Shown one piece after another: positions 12,011 to 25,718 of a DNA stretch of 64,000 nucleotides (the first letter of the stretch is position 1; every line of letters starts with the position of its first letter). Source of the DNA: Octopus sinensis. Its lineage: Eukaryota. The stretch covers positions 3,732 through 67,731 of the forward strand of contig NW_021832985.1 in NCBI RefSeq assembly GCF_006345805.1, in the 5' to 3' direction. Under the pieces are notes generated by a model that worked only from the letters and a program-made list of their open reading frames with translations, ran no database searches and was not told the DNA's origin. The position numbers and the translations under genes were made by a program.

Positions 12011-13159
12011 TTAATAATAATAATAACAACAACTACAACAACAACAACAATAATTGAAGCTTTGTCAGTGAACAGGTCGCTGTCTCAAAGCGACGAAAAT
12101 ATTTTGACAAATTAAATTTAAATGTTGAAGTGAATCTAACGGTTTTGTGTGTTGTTTTAAATGGCTTACAAACACCTTCCACGCTGCAATTGTTTCCGTT
12201 CCAGCACGCGATCTCAGATCAAGCCACTCGCTATGCAAGTACATCTCCGTAATAATATATATATATATATATAAATAATTTTTATTGGCCACAAAGGCTA
12301 ATATAACTCAAAAACATTAAAGAACAACTGAAGGCGATAAACAAAAAGTGAACCAGTGCGTGAGTTTATTATTGGCACAATGCTTCTATTTTTCTTGTCA
12401 AAGTATTAAGAATCAGTGCATCAGATGATCGGTTTAAAAGTTGAGAAAACTGTTTTTTTGCTTTTTAAAAGAAATTTCACCTAATGTAATAATAGATGGC
12501 AGAATCGACAGAGTGCTGGACCAAAGTTCTTGTGGTATTTAGTTCAGGATATTTACGTTCAAAGATCAAATTCTCCTATAATAAACTTTGCTATTCACAA
12601 ACTAGCACCGATGTAATTCAGTGAAAATAGTCTCGACCGAGAAAGGTGAGATGAATGGACCTGATATTTTATTTTTTGATCCCGAAAGGATAAAAGCCAC
12701 CGGGACTTGAACTCAAAATGCAGTGAACTTGTAAGATTGTTGTCAAGTAATCTACACGTCGCTCTAAAGGCTTTTCACTTGACCGCCCCTGGCCGAAATT
12801 GAAACCTTCCCCTATACATGCGCGCGCATACACACACACACACACACCAGCACTGACCTACATACACATTCACGCACATATAGCCGATTTAATGGGATTT
12901 AGGAACCCGAGCGGTTATCTCGGTTAAGAATCTGGCGAATATTGGCGAACATAGTGCTTAGAAATGAACAAATTTTCCTTAAAAGAAATCGTTTCATACA
13001 AGCGGAAATTCCAGTGATAATTTTTTTAGTTGTTCCGTAAAATACAGTAAAATACAAAATGTCCAAGAACGGAGGTGCTGGTATAACATTTGTTCTTTCC
13101 CTACGACCGTTTCGCTAATGAGGTTCGGACACATCATGAATATAAATAACCTTTTCTAC

Positions 13160-13980
13160 TCTAGGCACAAGGCCAACACTTTTGGGGGAGAGGGGCAGTC
13201 GATTAGATCGACTCCAGTACGCAACTGCTACTTAATTCATCAACCCCGAAAGGAACAAAGTCAAAGTTGATAGCGGCGGAATTTGAACTCAGAACGTAAC
13301 GGCAGACGAAATACCTATTTCTTTACTACCCAAAAGGGGCTACACACAGAGGGGACAACCAAGGACAGACAAACGGATTAAGTCGATTATATCGACCCCA
13401 GTGCGTAACTGGTATTTAATTTATCGACCCCGAAAGGATGAAAGGCAAAGTCGACCTCGGCGGAATTTGAATTCACAACGTAACGGCAGACGAAATACCT
13501 CTAAGTATTTCGTCTGGCGTGCTAACGATTCTGCCAGCTCGCCGCCTTGGACGAACGAAATGCTTATTTCTTTACTACCCACAAGGGGCTAAACACAGAG
13601 AGGCCAAACAAGAACAGACAAACGGATTAAATCGATTATATCAATTCAAGTGCGTAACTGGAACTTATTTAATCGACCCCGAAAGGATGAAAGACAAAGT
13701 CGACCTCGGCGGAATTTGAACTCAGAACTTAGCGTCAGACGAAATACCTATTTCTTTACTACCCACAAGGGGCTAAACACAGAGAGGACAAACAAGGACA
13801 GACAAACGGAGTAAATCGATTATATCGACTCCAGTGCGTAACTGGTACTTATTTAATCGATCCCGAAAGGATGAAAGGCAAAGTCGACCTCGGCAGAATT
13901 TGAACTCAGAACGTAAAGGTAGACGAAATACCGCTAAGCATTTCGCCCGACGTGCTAACGCTTCTGCCAGCTCGCCCCCT
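13160..13980 (-). mobile_element. Tandem concatemer of tRNA-derived SINE family A
   Basis: About four head-to-tail units, each carrying the gagttcaaattccgccgaggtcgactttgcc B-box module on the reverse strand. Confidence 0.85.
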
Positions 13981-14007
13981 TATGAATATAATTAATGCTT
14001 ATGTAAT

Positions 14008-14215
14008 AGGCGTAGGCGTGGCTGTGTAGTAAGAAGCTTACTTCTCAATCACACGTTCCTGGGTTCAGTCCCACTGTCTACTACTATAGTCTCGAGCCGA
14101 CCAATGCCTTGTGAGTGGATTTCCAAAACGGAAACTGAAAGAAGCCTGTCTTACACACGCACTCACGCCCGCGCGTATGTATGTTTGTGTTTGCTTGTCC
14201 CCCACCACTTGACTG
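14008..14215 (+). mobile_element. SINE family B, 5' part
   Basis: aggcgtaggcgtggctgtgtagtaag...gggttcagtcccact head. Confidence 0.75.
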
Positions 14216-14546
14216 TGATGTAAGGTGGCCTGTAACTATAATTGAAGATAACTGGGCATTTCTTACGTAATAGTAAGCCGGGTCTGAGAACTCTAAAGGA
14301 GGTATGTGTATCTGTGAAATACCCAACGATATTTCACATACATATGATTCAGGGATATGTAACGCCCGATTGATTGAAGAACTGGAATGATCAGTGTCGA
14401 AAGCGACGGAGGTCCATTTAGTGTAAGAGATCGTATATCAAAGTAAAAGAAAATATTTGTCTCCGAACGTCGCACATATGGGACTTGGTGAGTTAGAGAA
14501 AACAGATGATAGAAAATATGAAGAGAAGAAGAAAGGAAAGAGAAGG

Positions 14547-14593
<47 letters not shown>

Positions 14594-15295
14594 GTAGGAG
14601 AGAGAAAGACAGACAGAGACAGAGACAGAGAGAAATTAAAACATATATATCGAGGGAGGAAGTGTGGGAGGGGATATGTCGGGGAAGGTCGGCAGAGAAG
14701 GGGCGGGAGGGCAAAGGGGAGAAAAAGAAAAGAAGAGTGATAGAGAACTGGGTACATTGTCTTTGGTATAAAGGGCCTTACCCTGTAAACCGACTAAGGA
14801 TGAATATTTACACGAATATCCGTGTCTTGGACAAAGGGTTATACAAAGTTGGCCCCTACATGGAAGTACAAACAAACTCCTTAGAACCGAAAGCAATATG
14901 ATCTTTGTGGGTGTGTACGTTTGTATATACATGCATACATACATACATATACACACAGACACACACGCGTACACACACATACACATACACACACACAGAC
15001 ACACACACACACACACACGCATATATATATATACACAAGCATACTCATTTAGCTATGTATGTGTGTGTGTGTGTGTGTGTGTATGTGTGTTTGTATGATT
15101 GTCAACGTGTGTGTTTTGTTGTTGATTATGTTTAATGTTGAAGTGAAACGGGTGCCAGAACAGATATTGATAGACTAGCGAAAAGGGGAGGTGTGGGTGA
15201 AGAAGAAAGAGAGAGAGGGGGAGGGGAGAGAGAGAGAAGAGAAAGAGAGCGGGATGAATGGCGGGGGATGGAGGGGGAAAAGAAAATAGGAGGAT

Positions 15296-15542
15296 ACATG
15301 CATATATACATACATACACATATATATATATATATACATGCATACATATATACATGCATACATACATACATATATATATATATATAGACATGCATACATA
15401 CATATATACATGCATACATACATACATACATACATATATACATGCATACATACATACATATATACATGCATACATACATATATACATGCATACATACATA
15501 CATATATATATATATAGACATGCATACATACATATATACATG

Positions 15543-15574
<32 letters not shown>

Positions 15575-16064
15575 CATGCATACATACATACATACATACA
15601 TATATACATGCATACATACATACATATATACATGCATACATACACGTCTATATACATACTTACATGCATGCATACATATATACTTACATGCTTGCATGCA
15701 TACATATATACATACATATATACATAGACACATACATGCCTACAAAGATAATTGCATACCTATATACATACATGCATGCATGCATACATACATACATGCA
15801 TACATACATGCATACACACATGCATGCATACATACATACATACATACATGCATACATACACACATACATACATACACACACACATGCATACGTACACGTC
15901 TATATACATACTTACATGCATACATACACGTCTATATAGATACTTACATGCATGCATACATATATACTTACATGCTTGCATGCATGCATACATATATACA
16001 TACACAATTACATACATGCCTGCAAAAATACATGCATACGTATATACATACATGCATACATGCA

Positions 16065-16098
<34 letters not shown>

Positions 16099-16275
16099 CA
16101 TACATACACACATACGTACATGCATACATACATATATACATACATGAATGCATGCATACGTACATATATACATACATGCATACATACATACGTAGAGGCA
16201 TACAAATACATACTTTCATATGCACGAACATATAAACATATATGTAGACATGAAAACATCTTTGTATGTGTGTAT

Positions 16276-16310
<35 letters not shown>
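15296..16310. repeat. (TACA)n/(TGCA)/(TA)n compound microsatellite
   Basis: Directly visible. Confidence 0.95.
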
Positions 16311-16408
16311 GAATATGAGAGAGAGAGTGAGAGGGAGAGAGATATATATGAACGCATGTGTGTGTATGCGTATGATGTATATATATATTATATATATATA
16401 TATATGCC

Positions 16409-16467
<59 letters not shown>

Positions 16468-16644
16468 TATCTACATCTGTGTGTATATGTTAATGTGTGT
16501 GTGTGCGTGTGTGTGCATATGGAATGTTTTCCCATGTGTTTGTAAATGGCAAAATTTTTTTTTGTTTCAAACTTGCCCCTCCCCACGTGTTTCCACACCC
16601 TAAATAAAAGCGAAAAAAGACTGGGGAAGATGAAGAAACTAACA

Positions 16645-16653
16645 AATAATAAC

Positions 16654-16688
<35 letters not shown>

Positions 16689-16755
16689 TAATAATAATAA
16701 TAATAATGATAATAATAATAATAATAATGATAATAATAATAATAATAATAACAAA

Positions 16756-16796
<41 letters not shown>

Positions 16797-17023
16797 TAAT
16801 AATAATAATAATAATAATGATAATAATAATAATAATAATAATAATCATAATAATGATGATGATGATGATGATGATGATGATAACAATAATAACGATGATA
16901 ATAATAATAATAATAATAACAACAATAATAATAACAATAATAATAACAATAATAATGGCAATAATAACAATAATAATGACAATAATAATAATAATAACAA
17001 CAACAACAATAATGATGATGATG

Positions 17024-17081
<58 letters not shown>

Positions 17082-17240
17082 CAATAATAATGATGATGAT
17101 GATAATAATAATAATAATATAATAATATATAATAATAATAATAACAATAATAATAATACTAATAATAATAATATAATAATAATAATAACAACAATAATAA
17201 TGATGATGATGATATAATAATAATACAATAATAATAATAT

Positions 17241-17335
<95 letters not shown>

Positions 17336-17375
17336 CAATAATAATGATGATGATGATATAATAATAATAATAAAA

Positions 17376-17411
<36 letters not shown>

Positions 17412-17418
17412 AATAATA

Positions 17419-17460
<42 letters not shown>

Positions 17461-17510
17461 TAATAATAATAATAATAATGATAATAATGATAATAATGAT
17501 AATAATAATA
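16645..17510. repeat. (AAT)n/(GAT)n/(AAC)n compound microsatellite
   Basis: Directly visible. Confidence 0.97.
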
Positions 17511-17737
17511 GTATTCACATAAAAACGCAAACAGAGAATTTGTTTAAATCGTGTATATCGCGCGCTGATTCTTGTTTGTAGGTGAGAGTGCAAACCGTAT
17601 TACGGGCCTCTCACCTTACACGTCTGATATATAGTTTCTCTATGTATCTATGTTTGTGTGTATAAATATATATATATATACACACATATATATATATATA
17701 CATATATATATATGTATATATATATATATTTATCTAT

Positions 17738-17777
<40 letters not shown>

Positions 17778-18344
17778 GTATAAGTTTATGTATATGTATG
17801 TTTTATATGTAGATGTACATGTACATATATATGTATATATATTTGTGTGCGTATATACATATTTATGCGTGTGTGCGCGTTTGTGAGTGTGTGCGCGTGT
17901 TTGTATGTGTGTATGTGTGTGTACGCGTTTGTGAGTGTGTGTATCATTATTTGTTTATCTGTATTCTCTTGGCCACTTGGGAGTTATTCGCTTATAGAGA
18001 TAAAACCCCCCCCAAAAAAAACCAAAAAAAGCAGAACAGAAAAGAAAAGAAACAAACAGTAAAAGGAATAAAGAAGGTGAAAGAGAAGGAGACAGAGGCA
18101 GAGAGTGAATGAGTGAGAGAGAGCGAGAGAGAGAGAGAGAGAGAGAGAGAAGCGAGGGAGTGTGTGTGTGTGTGTGTGAGTGTATGTAAGTATGTGTGTT
18201 TGTGTGTGTGTGTGGTTATTTTGTAATTATGTTTGTGAACAAGATTTGACAAACTGTTGACCTAGATATGTTCAGAGAAATGTCTAAAAAAATTCGGTTA
18301 GAGGTTACTAAATCTAGTTAATGAAAGTTTTATCTTAATCCGGG

Positions 18345-18433
<89 letters not shown>

Positions 18434-18479
18434 TATATATATATATATGTATATTCATATATATGAATACATACAGACT

Positions 18480-18511
<32 letters not shown>

Positions 18512-18692
18512 TATGCCTGTACATGTGTAATACATACATATATATATATGTCTGTATTTATATATGTATATAGAAATACGTGCGTGCCCGTGGGTGTGTA
18601 CATGCATATATGCATATATTGACGCAAATATATGCATGCATACATACGTACATGCATGCATACATACATACATACATACATACACATATATA

Positions 18693-18740
<48 letters not shown>

Positions 18741-19222
18741 GCGTATATAGATTAATCTATATATTTATGCACATACACACTCATATATACATATATATTT
18801 ATTTAGGTATTTATGTGTGTATGTACATATATACATACATACATACATATATATATATATATACCTCTAATGTATTTTTTCTTCCATGAAGTCAGTACAA
18901 TGTTTAGAGAGATGGAACTGCAAATATCCCACGTATGAAAACGCAGCAGCCCCGTTGCTCGCTCGGGTTCACTCTGCTTCTTAAATGATCATAATTGAAA
19001 GCGAGATGAGACGAAACCGATAAGTTAGTTACCAGTGGTTTCGTATATTTTCTCCGTCACCTTCAGCAACTTTTCGAAGTCTATACCACCAGGAAGATGA
19101 ACAAAGTGGCGTATTACAAAGGGTCCTCATCGATTCGTTCCTAGGGTCATACATGCGCATGTATGCAGCGTTATATACGTATGTGCATACATTATGTCTA
19201 TATTTGTTTGTATGTACTTCTA

Positions 19223-19268
<46 letters not shown>

Positions 19269-19314
19269 CCTATGTATATATATCTCTCTCTCTATCTCTC
19301 TATCTTTATCTATG

Positions 19315-19389
<75 letters not shown>

Positions 19390-19409
19390 ATATATATATA
19401 TATATATAG

Positions 19410-20145
19410 TATTTTACGTTCTGAGTTCAAATTCCGCCGAGGCCGACTTTGCCTTTCATCCTTTCGGGATCGATAAATAAAGTACCAGTTACGCATTGGG
19501 GCCGGTATAATCGACTTAGTCCGTTTGTCTGTCCTTGTTCGTCCACTCTGTGTTTAGCCCCTTGTGTGTAGTAAAGAAATAGGTATTTCGTCTGCCGTTG
19601 CGTTCTGAGTTCAAATTCCGCCGAGGTCGACTTTGCCTTTCATCCTTTCGGGGTCGATAAATTAAGTACCCTGTTATGCATTAGGGCCGGTATAATCGAC
19701 TTAATCTGTTTGTCTGTCCATGTTTTTCCCCTCTGTGTTTAGCCCCTTGTGGGCAGTAAAGAAATAAGAAATGTTAGCACGCCGGGCGAAATGCGTAGCC
19801 GTATTTCGTCTGCTGTTATGTTCTGAGTTCAAATTCTGCCGAAGTCGACTTTGCATTTCGTGCCTGCTACACACTGAGGTCGATATAATCGACTTAATCC
19901 GTTTGTCTTTCCTTGTTTATCCCCTCCGTGTTTAACCCCTTGTGGGTAGTAAAGAAATAGGTATTTTGTCTGCCGTTACGTTTTGAGTTCAATTTCCGCC
20001 GAGGTCGACTTTGCCTTTCATTCTTTCGGGGCCGATAAATTAAGTACCAGTTACGCAGTGGGGTCGATGTAATCAACTTAATACCTTTGTCTGTCCTTGT
20101 TTGTCTCCTCTATGTTTGGCCCCTTGTGGGCAATAAAGAAATAAC
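19410..20145 (+). mobile_element. Tandem concatemer of SINE family A (four units)
   Basis: B-box module starts at about 19418, 19602, 19820 and 19980 (periods 184, 218, 160). Confidence 0.88.
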
Positions 20146-20736
20146 TATGAAACGCAAAGCCGGCCTCGTACAGAGTTGAACTCAGAACTCAAAGAGCCGG
20201 AACAGAATACTGGAATGTACTTTACCTAACGATCCAACGATACTACCGACTCGCCGCCACAGTTGTACTAAGTAAATGTGTCTAATTTAAACACAAGACC
20301 AACAATGTTGAAGGGCGGAGCATAGTTGGTACCACCATTTCCAGCTTGCTGTCTTATGTGTAATAATTAAAAGCAGGAACAACAAAACCCAGCTGGAGCA
20401 ACAACAGTAACAAAAGCAGTAACAGCAACAACAACAACAATTACAACTAAAACAGCAACACTGTAAATGTATTGGCCTTTTACCAAATCAAAAATATTTT
20501 ATAATTCTATTTGTTGTTTGTGTATTTTATTTATTGAGGGAATTAGGCCATCTCAACTAAATTTAAACTCCCTGAAAATTGGGATTGCTTTTGCCGGATT
20601 ATCCCTTACTAAGATTCGATTTGATCATACACTAACGGATTTAGAAATATTAATATAATCTTTTTTTTCTTACTGCAATTTATATTTACTTTCCCTCGTT
20701 GAATTATTTGAGTATTATAGATAATTAATAATAACA

Positions 20737-20792
<56 letters not shown>

Positions 20793-20793
<1 letters not shown>

Positions 20794-21200
20794 GGCGCAG
20801 GAGTGGCTGTGTGGTAAGTAGCTTGCTAAACAACCACATGGTTCCGGGTTCAGTCCCACTGCGTGGCATCTTGGGCAAGTGTCTTCTGCTATAGCCTCGG
20901 GCTGACCAATGCCTTGTGAGTGGATTTGGTAGATGAAAACTGATAGAAGCCTGTTGTATATATGTATATATATATATGTATGTGAGTGTGTTTGTGTGTC
21001 TGTGTTTGTCTCCCTAGCATTGCTTGACAACCGATGCTGGTGTGTTTACGTCCCCGTCACTTAGCGGTTCGGCAAAAGAGACTGATAGAATAAGTACTGG
21101 GCTTACAAAGAATAAGTCCCGAGGTCGATTTGCTCGACTAAAGGCGGTGCTCCAGCATGGCCGCAGTCAAATGACTGAAACAAGTAAAAGAGTAAAAGAG
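20793..21200 (+). mobile_element. Full-length SINE family B
   Basis: A-box-like tggctgtgtggtaag, B-box-like gggttcagtccc, internal TA/TG microsatellite, (AAAAGAGT)n tail. Confidence 0.88.
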
Positions 21201-21213
21201 TAATAATAATAAC

Positions 21214-21287
<74 letters not shown>

Positions 21288-21289
<2 letters not shown>

Positions 21290-21842
21290 CCCTGATGCAG
21301 TACCAGGCAGTGGCTCTCATGGCTTTTGATCTTAACTGATTGGAAGTGTTATCATGTACATTGTTTTGTCTTGGTATAAAAGATGGGCTACAGCAAATAT
21401 TCTGCTCAATACCACAGATTTGCTTGTCAGTTGTTTGACCTTAACCAGTTGAGCATGTCCCTTAGTGGCTGACGATATGTGCATCTCTGATCACGACCAG
21501 AAGTAGTGGGGGAGCATCATAGCCATGTGTTGAGAGGGATTCTTTGGGGTTTGAATAATTCACCTCTGGAAACATGGGTGGTTTTTTCAACATCCTTAAA
21601 CAACCCTTATTCAGGGACCGTTTGAGCGGGATGGGCTACTCAACCTGAAGAAAATTCTAACTGGGCCCCACCTGCAAGGTCATGTGCTGTTTATCTTGAT
21701 ATGAGATCACCATGTCGCGCACATATGGTTGTGATGCATGTGCCTGGTGTACCCTTATCAGACGGGTAGTCATGATGGGTATATTGGGCTTCGTATATTT
21801 TACCCCAGTGTCACTTTGATGGCATGAACTGCTCTCTCACTC
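21288..21842. mobile_element. Non-coding interspersed element embedded in (AAT)n, copy 2 (longest)
   Basis: Highly similar to 3462-3967; older partial copy at 26690-26850; (AAT)n on both flanks. Confidence 0.8.
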
Positions 21843-21882
<40 letters not shown>

Positions 21883-21964
21883 TTAACAACAATAACAACG
21901 ACGACGACGACGATGATGATTGATGATGATGATGATGGTGATGATGGTGGTGATGATGATGATA

Positions 21965-22008
<44 letters not shown>

Positions 22009-22009
22009 A

Positions 22010-22512
22010 AGCATCACCCTAAGGCTGTAAATGAGGGGGAAATCTAGCCGTTCTTTGGAACTTTCCAGTCCATACAGACAGAACCATCCAAGCTAATAAA
22101 CCGGATATTGTTGTGTAAGATCAAAACGATAAAGTTTATTTATGGATCGATATGTTTATTCCTTTTGATCATATGTATATTTATATATGTTTAATCATAA
22201 TATCTGATCATATATATTATCCGATAAAAGATATCTGATCAAACATATCAATATATTTGATCATAATATCTCGGCAAAAGAATTTGGCAAGCGCAGAAAA
22301 TAGAAAGATTTGCGCGTTGAAATTTTTAAGAAGTGTGGCATCTCAAGGTGGTTAGAATACTAATGATTGTAGGAGCACTTGGAATGATAAAAAAAAAAGA
22401 AAGAAACTGAAAATTATTTTGGAATTATCCCTGGCTTATCATCAATGCCAAGAGTGCAAAAGGTTGTTTTATGGTACATAACGCGTATTAAGAAGAGCAT
22501 TGTCGCTGTGAG
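22010..22512 (+). mobile_element. R4/Dong-clade LINE 3' fragment (RLE domain)
   Basis: VLWNFPVHTDRTIQANKPDIVV...WID..IPFDH...IVGALGMIK...VQKVVL...VLRRALS; follows a (GAT)n tract. Confidence 0.8.
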
Positions 22513-23057
22513 AACGATTACCGCCCATGTAATTTTTTTTGCATACAACTTAATTTCATTTTGAAATCTGATGTATTTAGTTTAATGGCCTAGCAATGTA
22601 TACAGTGTGTTTATTTGATATAAGTGTCGGGAAGACATCGACAAAGCATAGAAACAAAATTGAAAGAAGGGAAAAAATTAAAACAACAACAACAAAAATA
22701 ATAATAATAATATTTTTAAAAGGATTGACGTAACTCTTCACAAAGGTAAACAGTCAAGACGAAGAGCGCGATTCGATTGTAATAGATATTTTATTAGTTG
22801 GACGATATTTCAACAGTACGTCTGTCTGTGTCCAGTTCAAAATAAGAAGTTATAGAAATTCAAAATTACAGAAATTTAAACGTATAGTATGAACGAGAGC
22901 AACCAGTGTCCACACGTTGATGGAATGACATCATCAGTTTTTAAGTTACAATTTTATAACAGACGAAAAGAAAAAGACTGAAAAAACAGAAAAAAGAAGA
23001 CGACAGAAAAAAAGAAAGAAAAAGAGAGAAAGAAGAATATTTAATCAAACAGTTTTG

Positions 23058-23500
23058 TATAAATTTCATGATATTCTCCTGTCATCTTATTCATTCCTCC
23101 AGGGTATGATGTTAATAACCCGCAAGCATATTTCTCCTCATATATTCTGAGAAGTGAAAGTGAAGCAGATTCAGAATATTTTCTGAGAATATGCACTTTC
23201 AAGTCTTCAAATTTGAAACAAAATGTTCAGCAAGTTCTGTCGAACTACTGTTATTATGCTTATCGTCGAATCTGTGCCCATTAAACCTTTTGTTTAATTG
23301 TTCTGCTGTACAGCCAACATAAATTGTGTTTCGTGCATTCTGCAACGTACACCAAATGGGAATCTTTACATGTTCCACCTTCTGTATAAATCATAACATT
23401 TCTGTTATGATTTCTGATTTAATTCACTTCACTCATGTTGTTGCACAAAGAACAGGGCTTACCTCTCTTGCGGCTGTTCTTTGAGGTACAGCGTGCAGAT
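23058..23500 (-). mobile_element. Penelope-like element, GIY-YIG endonuclease fragment
   Basis: Frameshifted C.DSHLVYVAEC...IYVGCTAEQLNKRFNGHR...ELAEHF...LKVHIL...YPGGMN, the C-terminal PLE endonuclease pattern. Confidence 0.75.
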
Positions 23501-23689
23501 ACTCCAATGTTCGTTTACTTGGAGTCAGATATAGAGGTCAATAATTCTCTTATATTCTTATTCCGTCTAAAGGCTACAATGTTTGAGGATAAAACGGATT
23601 TGTACTAACATAGGGGATTACTGGAAACATGCAAATGTTTTTGTATGTCATTATGTCAAACGCTGTTGCAGTGAATCGCGATTAAAGGA

Positions 23690-23852
23690 TTATATCGACC
23701 CCAGTGCGTAACTGGTACTTAATCTATCGACCCCGAAAGGATGAAAGGTAAAGTCAACCTCGGCGGAATTTGAACTCAGAACTTAACAGCAGACGAAATA
23801 CCGCTAAGCATTTCGCCCGGTATACTAACATTTCTACCAGCTCACCGCCTTA
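23690..23852 (-). mobile_element. SINE family A monomer
   Basis: Reverse complement of the aggcggtgagctggtagaa...gagttcaaattccgccgagg head. Similar copies near 26280, 27050, 27345, 30480, 38050, 39520, 51190 and 51585. Confidence 0.85.
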
Positions 23853-24039
23853 AAAAGTTTCTCCATCCATGGCAGACCTTCCGAGGCACTGATTTTCAAC
23901 ATTTTGTGATTCAGCGCCTCCTTTCATAGAATCATTTTTTACAAACGATTCCTCCCTTAGTTTGAAATAAATAAATAAAATCCAGCAGGTTATTCTCAAG
24001 AAGATAAGTTTGTGCTGGGCATTATTTATTTTTTATCTT

Positions 24040-24249
24040 TTATCGTTTACTTGTTACAGTTGTTTGACTGCGGCCATGCTAGGGCACCGCCTTAAAGGGG
24101 TTTTAGTCGAACGAATCGACCCCAGGCTTCATTTTTTAAAGGCTAGTTCTTATTATATCGATCTGTTTTGCCGAACCGTTAAGTTACGGGAAGTAAACGC
24201 GCCAACATTAGTTGTCAAGCGGTGGTGGTGTTCAAGGACAGACACAAAG

Positions 24250-24284
<35 letters not shown>

Positions 24285-24312
24285 TATACAAACACACAAA
24301 CACACACACATA

Positions 24313-24364
<52 letters not shown>

Positions 24365-24424
24365 CAAACACACAAAACACACACACACACATATACAAAC
24401 ACACAAACACACACACACATACAA

Positions 24425-24455
<31 letters not shown>

Positions 24456-25215
24456 TACACACACACATACACACACACACATATATATATACAGGGTGTC
24501 CTACAAATCAATGGCGGGTTTCAATTTTTAATAACTCCCTTAACTTTACAAATAAATGCATGAAATGTTGATGCAATATAAAGGACATAATTGAAATTAA
24601 TGTGCACAAGTTAAATTTTGCAACACCGCTACAACTCATATGAAATATTAGATCGCTTAAATGGAAGCCATTTTCGGTTTTGCGCGCCCGTGCTCATTAC
24701 AAAATTTGCACCATAGCACCCACAAGAGTTTCAGACCCCACTTCTCTGGTTTCTCTATTCATGTTCTCCTTCAGTTGGAGAACGTTCTGGAGAACTCGAA
24801 GGCCAGTTGACATTGCCCTAGCGAGAGATTATACTCTCTCCAAAGCTCTGCTGTAGCAACTGCTAGTCATAAGCAATGTCATTTTTCATATGTGATGTAG
24901 TGGTGTTGCAAAATATGACATGCATATTAATTTCCATTATGTCCTTTATATTGTATCAACATTTCATGCATTTATTTGCAAAGTTAAGGAAGTTATTAAA
25001 AATCGAAACCCATCAGTGACTTTGGAGACACCTTGTATATACACATATATACAACGGGCTTCTTTCAGTTTATGTCTACCAAATCTACTCACAAGGATTT
25101 GGTCGACCCGAGGCTATCACAGAAGACACTTGCCCAAGATGCCACGCAGTCAGTCTGAACGAAGAAACATGTGGTTGAGAAGTAAGCTTCCTACCACACG
25201 TCCACGACTCTGCCT
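24040..25215 (-). mobile_element. SINE family B copy split by a MITE
   Basis: 3' half at 24040-24250 and 5' half at 25050-25215 flank the (CA)n linker that holds the MITE. Confidence 0.8.
24492..25035. mobile_element. Tc1/mariner-type MITE with about 115-bp inverted repeats
   Basis: TA|CAGGGTGTC...GACACCTTG|TA; 24492-24605 is the reverse complement of about 24915-25035. Confidence 0.88.
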
Positions 25216-25294
25216 TTAATTATTACTTAAATTTTCTTTTAGTACTTCTAGCGTGTGCCACTTCTATATATTTTCGTGGGCTATTACGGTTACT

Positions 25295-25718
25295 CTTTAC
25301 TCTCTTTTACTCCTTTACTTGTTTCAGTCATTTGACTGCGGCCATGCTGGAGCACCGCCTTTAGTCGAGTAAATCGACCCCAGGACTTATTCTTTGTAAG
25401 TCTAGTACTTATTCTGTCGGTCTCTTTTGCCGAACCGCTAAGTTACGGGGACGTAAACACACCAGCATCGGTTGTCAAGCGATGGTGATGGTGGTGGGGG
25501 ACAAACACAGACACACAAACACACACACACAAATATATATGTATACATATATACGACGGGCTTCTTTCAGTTTCCGTCTACTAAATCCACTCACAAGGCT
25601 TTAGTCGGCCCGAGGCTATAGTAGAAGACACTTGCCCAAGGTGCCACGCAGTGGGACTGAACCCGGAACCATGTGGCTGGTAAGCCAGCTACTTACCAGA
25701 GAGCCACTCCTGCGCCTA
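25295..25718 (-). mobile_element. Full-length SINE family B
   Basis: Near-exact reverse complement of the 20793-21200 copy. Further copies near 29870-30266, 30870-31200, 48400-48765, 55560-55985, 60870-61215 and 62660-62980. Confidence 0.88.
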
